A stretch of 64,000 bases of DNA, from positions 3,616,001 through 3,680,000 of the forward strand of contig OZ250150.1 in the NCBI GenBank assembly GCA_965237675.1, in the 5' to 3' direction. The position numbers and the translations under genes were made by a program. The notes beneath the pieces were generated by a model. The model saw only the letters and a list, made by a program, of their open reading frames with translations. It did not search any database and was not told where the DNA came from. Below, piece after piece: positions 1 through 9,098 of this stretch (position 1 is the first letter of the stretch; the number at the start of each line of letters is the position of its first letter). Origin of the DNA: Candidatus Latescibacterota bacterium. Its GTDB lineage: Bacteria > Latescibacterota > UBA2968 > GCA-2709665.

Positions 1-660
1 AGTGATCAGCCAGAGGAGAAACGCAGTTCCGACCACCGGATGAATCCCTGTTGCCGCGCTGAGCCAGATGAATTGCATCGCGACGCCCAATGTCGCCGAT
101 ACCGGCGCTATTCTTCTAAGGGTTCCACCTACCCGCCACTGATATCGTGCGGCGACTGCCAGTGCGACCCCGGCCGCGGAAAAACCCAGCTTGCCGGTTA
201 TCCACCGAAGGTTATACGACAGGTTCAACACAGTGGCTTCGGTCGCGGCAGTAAGGCCGCCGGCTGAAATGGCCTCCGGCACCAGCTGAGACGCTATAAG
301 GATGGCAAAGGCTCCTGAAGCGACGGTGAAGCCACCCGAGAGAACGAACAGATACGGGACGATCGGCGTTGCCCAGCGCCCACGGATGATCCAGGTATGC
401 AGCAACAGCCAGCCTGCCACGAGCATCGTCAATCCGGAAATCGCGCGGGCAATTCCCGAGACGATGTACATCATGGGGTGTTCTGCGACAGCTTGAAGAG
501 ACTTCAACAGCGGTGCCTGGTCGGCGTCGGCAGTCACTCTTGTGTAAACCATCGCGACTGTAAAGAGCGCGGTTAGCAGCAAGAGGACGCCGGCGCACCG
601 AGCCGCGCGGTCGGGGGGATTTTCCGCCGCTGGAGTGGCCGATGCGATTTCATCCGACAT
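1..660 (-). CDS. Hypothetical multi-pass membrane protein (3' end runs off the window)
   Basis: Read manually; absent from the ORF track because there is no stop in the window. ATG at 660 with GGGAGG RBS; open for 220 codons (MSDEIASATPAAENPPDRAARCAGVLLLLTALFTVAMV...) with several hydrophobic segments. Confidence 0.8.
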   Translation of the reverse strand, partial: MSDEIASATPAAENPPDRAARCAGVLLLLTALFTVAMVYTRVTADADQAPLLKSLQAVAEHPMMYIVSGIARAISGLTMLVAGWLLLHTWIIRGRWATPIVPYLFVLSGGFTVASGAFAILIASQLVPEAISAGGLTAATEATVLNLSYNLRWITGKLGFSAAGVALAVAARYQWRVGGTLRRIAPVSATLGVAMQFIWLSAATGIHPVVGTAFLLWLIT

Positions 661-987
661 ATCGATATCCTCCCGTTAGTTCGCCCGTTAGTGGATTTCG
701 CCAGAATTGAAATGGACTGCTACGCTGACTCGCATCGCACGTTTGCTCGACCTTCGCACGATATTGCCATTGAAACTGCTCTCATCTTTCGGAGTTTCAT
801 ATCGTTTTATATCGGTATTGTGCATCGATACGTCAAGAGCTACATTGATGGTACGGACACAAGCAGCGTCCGCGGCGGCGTTCGTTGAATAATCAAAGTT
901 AAGGACCAGCTGGCTCCTCGCATCTTCTCGTCTCGCAACGGGCCCGCGTCGACCGGGTAGCCGGCACACCAGAGGAGGCTTGTACAC

Positions 988-1703
988 GTGGCACCGGAAA
1001 AACGGTTAGCTATCCGGTCAGAGCTCGTTCGCTGGCTCGTCGTCATCGTGTCTGTATACGTGCTGCTTGTGGCCGTTGGCCTGATCGGCAAGGGCTTTCG
1101 TCTGGAATTCGGCGATGCGGAGGGCCTCGAATCCCTGTTCGCACTTGCGACGAATCCGTTCGTCGGATTGGTTCTCGGCATACTGGCGACCGCATTGCGC
1201 CAATCTTCTGAGCATCCTGGTATTCCTGCCGTTGGAACTCGCGTTCGGCTTTCTTGAAAAACTGAGCGGCGTGATGACCCATATCATCGAGAATATCGGG
1301 TCTGTTGATGCAGGGGGAAAGGGCATAGTGTAGGTCGTCGTCGACCACGACAAGCATCATCGTGCCTTTAGCACGGTCAGGCGTGATCGGGCTTCGTCAT
1401 GTCTACCCGTTCACGCTCGGCGCCAACATCGGGACGACGATTACCGCGCTTCTCGCCGCGACCGCGATAACGGGCGCCACCCATGCCGTCGCGCACCAGA
1501 TCGCGATTGCCCACGTTCTCTACGATTTGCTGGGCGTTATCGTCATCTATAGCATCCCCTGGCTGAGGGAGATTCCGATCGCGGGAGCCGAGTGGATTGC
1601 ACGGCGGGGAAGTGAACGGAAATGGATGGCCATCGTATACATCTTCTGTGCATTTTTCGGCATTCCGGGTGCGTTCGTGTTTGCCAGTGCATGGCTGTCC
1701 TGA
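988..1703 (+). pseudogene. Degraded Na+/phosphate symporter (NptA/SLC34-like)
   Basis: Three fragments in different frames: ...NPFVGLVLGILATALRQSS, NLLSILVFLPLELAFGFLEKLS and SSSTTTSIIVPLARSG...PFTLGANIGTTITALLAA (QSSS/GANIGTT family motifs). Total length is far too short for the family. Confidence 0.8.
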
Positions 1704-1815
1704 GCGCTCCACGCAAGAGAGGGATGTAGACAAGGGAAGGAGGGCAGCGGGGCGGTCGCCTTCTCCCTCAAGAAGCGATGTGTTGTCAATCGCCTGGAAA
1801 GCAGGTTTGTGCCCT

Positions 1816-2844
1816 ATGTCATATGGTGTCGCAGTGCTGGGAACCGGCCGCATCGGCGGCAGGTACATCGACGTGGTAAAGAAGACGCCCGGCGTCGAAA
1901 TCAGGGTGGTGGCGGAACCCCGGGAGGACGCGGCCGCAGCGTGGCGTAACCGGCATCCCGACGTCGAATTCGTCTCCGACTACCGGGAAACCCTGGAACG
2001 TGACGAGGTTGACGTCGTCGTCGGGACGCTGCCGCACTGGCTCCATTACCAGGCCGCGCTGGATGCCGCGGCCTCCGGTAAACACGTCTACATGGAGAAA
2101 CCGCTCGCGGCCTGGGCGTGGCAGGCGGAGGAGATGCTTGCCGGGGCCCGCGAAAATGGCGTCAAGCTCATGACCGCCCACACCCAGCGTTACTTCCCGG
2201 CGGTAACGGCGATGAAGGGCATCGTCGAGCGCGGCGAGCTGGGCTCGGTGATCATGGCCTATGACATGTGGCACAAGTCTTACGGTCCGTACAACCGTCC
2301 GGAGTGGATGCTGGACCGCGAACGGGGCGGCGGGATGGGCCAGATGGACGGCACCCACCAGATCGACCGGCTGCTCTGGATCATCGGGAACGACGTCGCG
2401 ACCGTTTCGGCGCAACAGGGGCAGTTCACCTACCCGAAATCGGAACATCCCGCCATCAACTGCGACGACACGGGCATGTACTTTATCCGATGGAAGAGCG
2501 GTGTGGTGGCGACGGTCAGCCGCATCGCCTGGGAGCGCGGCGCCACCGAATACGGCGGCGACTGGTTCTTCACGAGGGGAATGGCGCGCTTCCGGTTGCC
2601 CTACGGCGGGGGAGATCCGCCGGCTCTATTCATCGCCGACACGGGCGACGGAACCTGGCGCCGCGAATCCGTGCCGATTCGCGACAGCCTGCAGGACGAG
2701 TTCACCGAGTTTATCGAATCGCTTGAACGAGGCGACGACGATACGCCGATACCCCAGGTTCACGGCCTGAACGTCCTTAAGGTGCTGGAAGCAACGGAAG
2801 CATCCGCGCGCACCGGGCGGGAAGTGGTTTTGGATCTGGAATAA
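1816..2844 (+). CDS. Gfo/Idh/MocA family oxidoreductase
   Basis: VAVLGTGRIG Rossmann motif, HVYMEKP, GGG..DGTHQID; start trimmed to ATG 1816. Confidence 0.9.
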   Translation: MSYGVAVLGTGRIGGRYIDVVKKTPGVEIRVVAEPREDAAAAWRNRHPDVEFVSDYRETLERDEVDVVVGTLPHWLHYQAALDAAASGKHVYMEKPLAAWAWQAEEMLAGARENGVKLMTAHTQRYFPAVTAMKGIVERGELGSVIMAYDMWHKSYGPYNRPEWMLDRERGGGMGQMDGTHQIDRLLWIIGNDVATVSAQQGQFTYPKSEHPAINCDDTGMYFIRWKSGVVATVSRIAWERGATEYGGDWFFTRGMARFRLPYGGGDPPALFIADTGDGTWRRESVPIRDSLQDEFTEFIESLERGDDDTPIPQVHGLNVLKVLEATEASARTGREVVLDLE

Positions 2845-2859
2845 AGATGGGAGGGTAAA

Positions 2860-3612
2860 ATGAACAAAATACGCACATTTTTCGAGGAAAATGGCTACTA
2901 CCTGGCCAAATGCGTCTTTTCGCCAGACGAAGTGGGCCGGCTTGAAGACGAATTTGATCGAATTGTACAACAACTCAACGAACACGACGACAGCGGCACC
3001 TCGAACAATAACGGTGTCATCAATACACGCAATGTGCAGCAGTATTCGGGGCGATGGATGGCGTCCCTGCTTCACGAAAAGTTCCTCAACATTGTTGAAA
3101 AGCTTATCGGTCCCGACATCGTTCTCAACCATACCACGCTCTTTGAGAAGCGGATGACAACTGCTCCAACACCCTTCCGGATGCACCAGGACTGGAGCTA
3201 TCTGCCAACCCGGATGAACACCATGATTGCAGGAATGATCCATGTCAGCGAAGCCACGGAGGAAATGGGCTGCCTCAGAGTCTATCCCGGCTCGCACAGA
3301 CACGGTCGCGTGGAAGGCTCTACTGCCGTTAATGCCGCGTTCCACAAACAGTTCCCATTTGAAGGCGCGACGGCGATTGAAGCCCAGCCGGGTGACGTCA
3401 CCTACTTCGATTACTTCATCGTACATGGTTCGACGTCCAACCGCTCTGAAACGCCAAGGAAGGTGGTGATTGCGCGGATGTTTTCCGGCAGGGACGAAAA
3501 GGAGGACATCTACCAGTACAGTGAGAATCTGGTGTTGCGCGGGTGGAACTACCATACGACCTCTGCAACGGCCATGAAAACGGTTTTCAGGCCTGAAAAG
3601 GTCACCGCCTGA
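2860..3612 (+). CDS. Phytanoyl-CoA dioxygenase (PhyH) family Fe(II)/2OG enzyme
   Basis: FFEENGY, MHQDWSY (HxD), GCLRVYPGSH, VHGS..NRS..PR; GGGAGG RBS. Confidence 0.9.
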   Translation: MNKIRTFFEENGYYLAKCVFSPDEVGRLEDEFDRIVQQLNEHDDSGTSNNNGVINTRNVQQYSGRWMASLLHEKFLNIVEKLIGPDIVLNHTTLFEKRMTTAPTPFRMHQDWSYLPTRMNTMIAGMIHVSEATEEMGCLRVYPGSHRHGRVEGSTAVNAAFHKQFPFEGATAIEAQPGDVTYFDYFIVHGSTSNRSETPRKVVIARMFSGRDEKEDIYQYSENLVLRGWNYHTTSATAMKTVFRPEKVTA

Positions 3613-3764
3613 CTCGCCTTGTCGACCGCCTCCGGCCGGACAGCTGAGTGCACCCCTTTTTCGTCAGCGTCATTTCAGATCAGCTTGCAGATCCACAGGT
3701 CGGTTCGCCCACCCGATTGCATCACATCCAATTGCAACCGACGGATGAACTATTAAATTTTTAG

Positions 3765-3793
3765 TTGACCAGGCGATAATAAATCGATATATT
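3765..3793 (+). promoter_or_regulatory. Sigma70-type promoter
   Basis: TTGACC-N17-TATATT in an AT-rich patch; TATTAA-N4-TTAATA palindrome at 3790-3805. Confidence 0.55.
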
Positions 3794-3865
3794 AAATTAT
3801 TAATAGATGCAATGGGGACCAGGGGATGGCTGAAGGAGTTTCACAGGCCTGCTGATCGGTAACGT

Positions 3866-4475
3866 TGTCATTCTGAGCGCAACCAAAGGGGAGCGGTTGT
3901 GCTGCACTTCAGTTCGGACCGAATGCCAGACGCTCGGGCATGATCCCATGCAGCAGGAGATGCTTCGTCAGCCTGGAGGCTTCCTCAGGATGACAGTTCA
4001 GGCGCAGGGATGATCGACGTGTTTCGCGGGTGTCGAATGCTAAACATGTCATTCTGAGCGTAGTCGAAGAATCCCCCGTCTATTCGATTGTCCTTAACGC
4101 AAAAACGCGGTAAACACATTTGCGCGGAGACATCGTCGGCCCTTTGGCTTCGTTAGCAGGACAGGATGGGCCAAACAGTGACCAATGCATTTCGCCAGTG
4201 GCTATTGGCATTGATATCACTCTCATCGCAGTCGAAGCGGGAGCGGTTGTGCTGCACTTCAGTTCGGACCGAATGCCAGACGCTCGGGCGTGATCCCATG
4301 CCGCAGTAGATGCTTCGTCGGCCAGGCGGCCTCCTCAGCATGACAGTCTGGGCGAACATGTGACGGATACGTTTCGCCAATGGTTATTGCAAAGCATGTC
4401 ATTCTGAGCGCAGTCGAAGAATCTCCCGCCCATTCCGTTTTGAAGTCCTGTGCCGACCCTTCGACAAGCTCAGGG
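3866..4475. repeat. Cluster of TGTCATTCTGAG...CTCAG(G/C)ATGACA palindromic elements repeated at 350-bp period
   Basis: Units at 3866-3995 and ~4216-4345 share a near-identical core. Half elements start at 4047 and 4397. CCCTTCGACAAGCTCAGGG at ~4457. Confidence 0.85.
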
Positions 4476-4509
4476 AGCGGCACAGTAGCCACGCGTAAGG
4501 AGGTCAAGG

Positions 4510-6054
4510 ATGAAAACCATCAGCCTCTTACTCTTCGCGTTGTTCCTGCCTGAAACGCTGTCGGCGAACGCGGCGCTGACAGTTGACGGCGCATCCACGG
4601 ACAGAACGATCACCATCAATTATGACGTTCCGGAGTCATCGCACGTACAGATAAAGGTATCTTCGACTGTGGGTGTACACGCCGCGCCGCAGCACGGAGT
4701 CCAGGCGCCCGGGAACTACAGGATCGTATTGGACAAATCCGGATTTCCCAGGGGCGATTACTCTGTAAGGCTGATACTGGATCATGATCGGGACAAGGTC
4801 ACCCGGCGCAGCTTTCTCCACAGCCCTTCGGGCAGGCCGGTTACCCGGACCAGGGAAGAACGGGATCTGTACAATCGATGCTATGCCGTCACCGGGTTCG
4901 ACCCAAAACAGGCCGTCGAACTCTGGAATGAGCTCCTCACCCGTTATCCGGACTTCGTGGATAGGGGCGTCGCTTTTCTCTATTCCATCATGGCCAGGAT
5001 TCCAGCGACCGACAGCGTCGACGTCCACGCGGCCGCCGACAACGCCGCAGCGTTGATCCCACGTTCGGGAACCTATCGCACAATCGGTCGTATTCTGAGC
5101 GGATTGGATGGGCTTGGTGAAGGCAAATATCCGCGTACCGCGTTGGCTTTTGCCGACAGGGCCATTGGACAAATTAGGGATGTGCCCGCACCCTACCGAA
5201 ACGACGCGCTCTACCGGTGCCAACACCTGAGGGGCCACTGTTTGCATCTCCTGGGGAGATTCGCAGAGGCCGAGGAGGCTTTCGGCGAAGCGATAAAGAT
5301 CCTTGAATCCCGCGGCTCAGACGGCACTTACTCAGATTTCCAGCAGAGCGTATGGGCGTACCGGGGTCTCGCCTCACTTCATGAACAGCGCGGCAGGCAC
5401 ACGGAGGCACTCGGGTTCTACAAAATGGCCGTCAAGAGTTACGCCAGGGATCCTGAACTCTGGATTGCATTGCAGCGCAACTTCAACCTTGTCCACGGGT
5501 CCAACAAGGGCTATGAGGAATATAGCCGAAAACTCGAGGCTGAGATACGAGGCGGCGCACCGGAGAAAGATCACGACCTCGTGGGCAAGCCCCTTCCGGG
5601 GTTTGTGTTGCAGCGGCTGGGCGGGGGCACGTTGTCGCTCGACGATATTAAGGGCACCGTGAGCGTCCTGAACTTCTGGGCGTTCTGGTGCCAGCCGTGC
5701 ATGGCTGAGTTGCCCGTGATAGCACGACTTGCGAGGGAAACATCCGGCAGCGGCGTGAAGGTGATCGCGATTCACACGCCACAGGGACTCGCTCCTGGCA
5801 TCACTAAAGAGGAATTTCCCAAAATTGTACAAGCCGGCGTGAGCAAGTACGACGGCTCATTCGACACCGTCTGGGACAGTAAGGAACAAGGCTTCTCTAC
5901 CCGATCCGGGATCAGATCTCTGCCGGTAACGCTGGTCGCGGACAAAACGGGGATCGTTAGATACCGGGTGGTCGGTTTCGATCCGGAAAACGCCTACAGG
6001 AAACTCAAGGCGGTTGTGGATAGCCTGAACGACGATTCGGCCGGGACCAGGTAG
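4510..6054 (+). CDS. Exported TPR-repeat protein with C-terminal TlpA/ResA-like thioredoxin domain
   Basis: Signal peptide MKTISLLLFALFLPETLSANA; short beta-rich N-domain; TPR-like helices (LGRFAEAEEAFGEAI); VLNFWAFWCQPCMAELP. Confidence 0.85.
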   Translation: MKTISLLLFALFLPETLSANAALTVDGASTDRTITINYDVPESSHVQIKVSSTVGVHAAPQHGVQAPGNYRIVLDKSGFPRGDYSVRLILDHDRDKVTRRSFLHSPSGRPVTRTREERDLYNRCYAVTGFDPKQAVELWNELLTRYPDFVDRGVAFLYSIMARIPATDSVDVHAAADNAAALIPRSGTYRTIGRILSGLDGLGEGKYPRTALAFADRAIGQIRDVPAPYRNDALYRCQHLRGHCLHLLGRFAEAEEAFGEAIKILESRGSDGTYSDFQQSVWAYRGLASLHEQRGRHTEALGFYKMAVKSYARDPELWIALQRNFNLVHGSNKGYEEYSRKLEAEIRGGAPEKDHDLVGKPLPGFVLQRLGGGTLSLDDIKGTVSVLNFWAFWCQPCMAELPVIARLARETSGSGVKVIAIHTPQGLAPGITKEEFPKIVQAGVSKYDGSFDTVWDSKEQGFSTRSGIRSLPVTLVADKTGIVRYRVVGFDPENAYRKLKAVVDSLNDDSAGTR

Positions 6055-6129
6055 CCTGGGCTATTCATGAACGCACTGTAACTTCACGCATCAGCGGCTT
6101 GACGAGCCATTGAGGAAGCGTGTATGAAG

Positions 6130-6417
6130 GTGGGGCAGACATTCCTGTCTGCCCTTTTCAGTGTCCCTCTGCCGGGATGCAGATAGATGAGAGGTTTTCA
6201 CCGCCTCTTTAGCGCCAATATTCGTGGTCACGCAGTCCAACCTTTGCAGGGTTCTCCGTGGCGTAACGGATGAAGCGCAACAGGCAGAAACTCATTGTCG
6301 TAAGGTATCCGCGTACTTGGGCGAGTAGGGGCAGGTTTGAAACCTGCCCCTACGTTTTGGGCATCGAACCGACGAGGATACGTATTTGAATGTGGGGCGG
6401 ACGTTCCCGGCTGCTCC
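6130..6417. repeat. REP-like palindromes
   Basis: GTGGGGCAGACATTCCTGTCTGCCC (6130-6154), GTAGGGGCAGGTTTGAAACCTGCCCCTAC (6325-6353) and a degenerate copy near 6392. Confidence 0.7.
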
Positions 6418-6897
6418 ACCATTTCAAACATTTGATCGAGGCATCAGTTAAAGGGATCAACGATCCGAGACAGACCGCCTGCACTCGCTTCCCTTACCAG
6501 AGTTGCAGGGTGCCACTGTCACCTGTCTTCGTGCGGTGACGCACCGGAAGGCTTGTCAGTACGCCGCCGTCGAAACCACCTTTCCTCTACTGGCCGTCTC
6601 GACAAGCCATTGTGCGGGGGTGGAAATGATTGATTCGAGAATAAAGCAGCATAGAGGTTGAATATGACGTGCGGCCTTGGAGGGGAACCGATTTTCCTTG
6701 AAGGCGTCCAACTATTGATGCAAAAGGCTTTACAGTGGCCGGGACCTTGACCGGCCGATGCGTCGGAACCCGTCGCAGAGAGGAGCCCTCCACGTGTTCG
6801 AAGGGGCATATACGCAGGCTGTGCAGCAGCCCGTTCTGACCGGCGAAATCTTCGTCACACGGGGTGATTCCGAGAACCATCACAGAAAGGCGCGCCG

Positions 6898-8616
6898 ATG
6901 AGAACAATTCCCGGGATTACATGCCTCTGGCTTTTCTGTACCGCATTTACAGCGGCCGGAGTTCGGGCGGAGACCGCTTCCCCGCTGCTGCAGGCCATGC
7001 GAGAGGAATTGACCCGCTCCGTCGACCTGCTCAAACGGCAACCGGTCCCGCCCTACTACCTCAGTTATGAGATCACCGAAACGCACCTGATCCGTGTCGG
7101 GGCTTCCTTCGGCGCGCTGTCCTACAACAACGAGAGACGCAGCCGCCTGCTCGACATCGATCTCCGGGTGGGGGACTACGCCTTCGACAATACCCACCAG
7201 GTTCGCGGCAGCATAACCAACTGGTCCGATCGCTATTCACGGATCGACATCCCGATCGAGGATAACGTCGACGCGGTGCGCGCGGTGCTCTGGTATCACA
7301 CCGACAGAAAGTACAAACGTGCCATTGAACAGCTCACCACCGTCAAGACCAACGTCCAGGTCAAGGTGGAAGAGGAAGACCGGTCTGACGATTTTTCCAG
7401 AGAGCCGGTCGAAAGTTACGTGGAAGAACCCGTTCTCCTCGATGTCGCCCGTGACGAATGGGCAGCCCGGGTGAAAAAGTACACGGCCCCTTTCGCCAAA
7501 GATGGAAACATATACGAAGCCAGCGCAAGTCTCCTGGCAACCGTTTCGACTCGCCGATACGTTAACAGCGAGGGGAGCGAGATCCAGACCTCACATGTGC
7601 TCTACCGACTGTACATCTACGCCTTCACGAAGGCTGACGACGGCATGGAGTTGCCGCGCTACGAATCCTTTTCCGCTTTCTCCCCGGAGGGTCTGCCAGG
7701 CGACGACGAGGTCCTCGCCCTGGTGGACCGCATGATCGCCGACCTCAAGGCTTTGCGCGATGCCCCTGTTGTGGCGCCATACGCCGGTCCCGCGATTCTA
7801 TCGGGACGCGCCAGCGGCGTCCTCTTTCACGAGATCTTCGGACACCGCATCGAAGGCCACCGCCAGAAGCGCGAGGAAGAGGGCCAGACCTTTAAGAAGA
7901 AAATAGGGGAGAGTGTTCTGCCCGAGACGTTTTCGGTGGTCTTCGATCCCACCCGGAAGAGCATCGCCGGCGAGGATCTGGTTGGCGCATACGCTTACGA
8001 CAATCAGGGCGTCAAGGCGCGGCGGGTGGCCGTTGTGGAGAACGGAATTTTCCGCCGCTTCCTCATGTCCCGTTCGCCCATCGAGAATTTCCCGCATTCC
8101 AACGGCCACGGACGAAAGCAGCCGGGCTACTCGCCGGTCGCGCGCCAGTCCAACCTCATCGTGGAGACCTCCAATCCGCTGAGCCGTGACCGACTCAAGG
8201 AAATGCTCATCGAGCAATGCCGGAATGAGGGTAAGGAATTCGGGCTCTACTTCGAGGATATTCAGGGGGGATTCACCATTACCGGACGCTTTTTCCCGAA
8301 CGCCTTCAACGTGCTTCCCATTATGGTCTATCGAATTTACACCGACGGGCGTGAAGAACTCGTGCGTGGCGTGGATCTTATCGGAACGCCGCTTACCGCC
8401 TTCAGCCGGATCGCCGCCGCCGACGATCGCATTGGCGTGTTCAACGGCACGTGCGGCGCCGAGTCAGGGGGCGTGCCGGTGGCCGCGGTTTCCCCCGGCA
8501 TCTTCATCTCCCAGGTCGAGGTACAGAAGAAACCCAAGTCCCAGGAACGGCGCCCCATCCTTGAAGCGCCCTCCTCCGAACCGGATGAAGAGAAAACGGA
8601 CGGTGACCTCCTATAG
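6898..8616 (+). CDS. TldD/PmbA family metalloprotease, catalytic TldD-like subunit with signal peptide
   Basis: LFHEIFGHRIEG (HExxGH), GHGR, RQSNL, GTCGAESG; N-terminal signal peptide ending VRA. Confidence 0.88.
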   Translation: MRTIPGITCLWLFCTAFTAAGVRAETASPLLQAMREELTRSVDLLKRQPVPPYYLSYEITETHLIRVGASFGALSYNNERRSRLLDIDLRVGDYAFDNTHQVRGSITNWSDRYSRIDIPIEDNVDAVRAVLWYHTDRKYKRAIEQLTTVKTNVQVKVEEEDRSDDFSREPVESYVEEPVLLDVARDEWAARVKKYTAPFAKDGNIYEASASLLATVSTRRYVNSEGSEIQTSHVLYRLYIYAFTKADDGMELPRYESFSAFSPEGLPGDDEVLALVDRMIADLKALRDAPVVAPYAGPAILSGRASGVLFHEIFGHRIEGHRQKREEEGQTFKKKIGESVLPETFSVVFDPTRKSIAGEDLVGAYAYDNQGVKARRVAVVENGIFRRFLMSRSPIENFPHSNGHGRKQPGYSPVARQSNLIVETSNPLSRDRLKEMLIEQCRNEGKEFGLYFEDIQGGFTITGRFFPNAFNVLPIMVYRIYTDGREELVRGVDLIGTPLTAFSRIAAADDRIGVFNGTCGAESGGVPVAAVSPGIFISQVEVQKKPKSQERRPILEAPSSEPDEEKTDGDLL

Positions 8617-8800
8617 TGACCTGCCCCAAAAATATCTCACCATTCTCCAGCCGATTCATCCCGTCTCGCTAGGTTGCTAAAAGGCGGTGAGACGGAAGAC
8701 GGAAGAGGTAAGCCGTGTAAGTAACTTTTCCGTATCACTCGTCCGCAAATGGACACTCGTTGTGCCAAACGAGAAGTGGATTGTGCAGCGGAGCGCGGGA

Positions 8801-8950
8801 CCTACCCCCTAACCCCCTTCCTGAAGGAAGGGGGAAACAGTCGTCGGTTGAAGACAGATTGATCGATGAATAAATCCAGGCGTCATATTGTGCCGGGGCA
8901 ACGCTTACCTCCCCCTTTCCTTTAGGAGAGGGGGCCGGGGGGAGAGGTAA
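8801..8950. repeat. Inverted pair of CCCCCT...AGGGG short palindromes between tldD and tldE
   Basis: CCTACCCCCTAACCCCCTTCCTGAAGGAAGGGG and CCTCCCCCTTTCCTTTAGGAGAGGGGCCGGGGGGAGAGG; GCTGA-type heptamer run follows near 8987-9011. Confidence 0.65.
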
Positions 8951-9098
8951 CGGCGCTGACGCCAACTGATCGGGTTTTTGGTTCAAGCTGACGGCTGAGA
9001 GCTGATAGCTGTTTTTGCTGCTTCTGATCGGCCGAATTCAGGTAACCACTTTCCGGGACAGAACACTAGAACCGATCCCACCCTGCAGGAGCCATCCC

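Noticed and set aside
688-987. Several short overlapping ORFs between the edge gene and the pseudogene
   Set aside because: No motifs or RBS support; most likely intergenic or decayed DNA.
3866-4475. Possible CRISPR array
   Set aside because: Units are long, few and palindromic, without unique equal-length spacers; no cas genes in the window.
6420-6890. Short ORFs upstream of tldD as possible RiPP precursors
   Set aside because: No convincing RBS or precursor-like composition, and no modification enzymes nearby.
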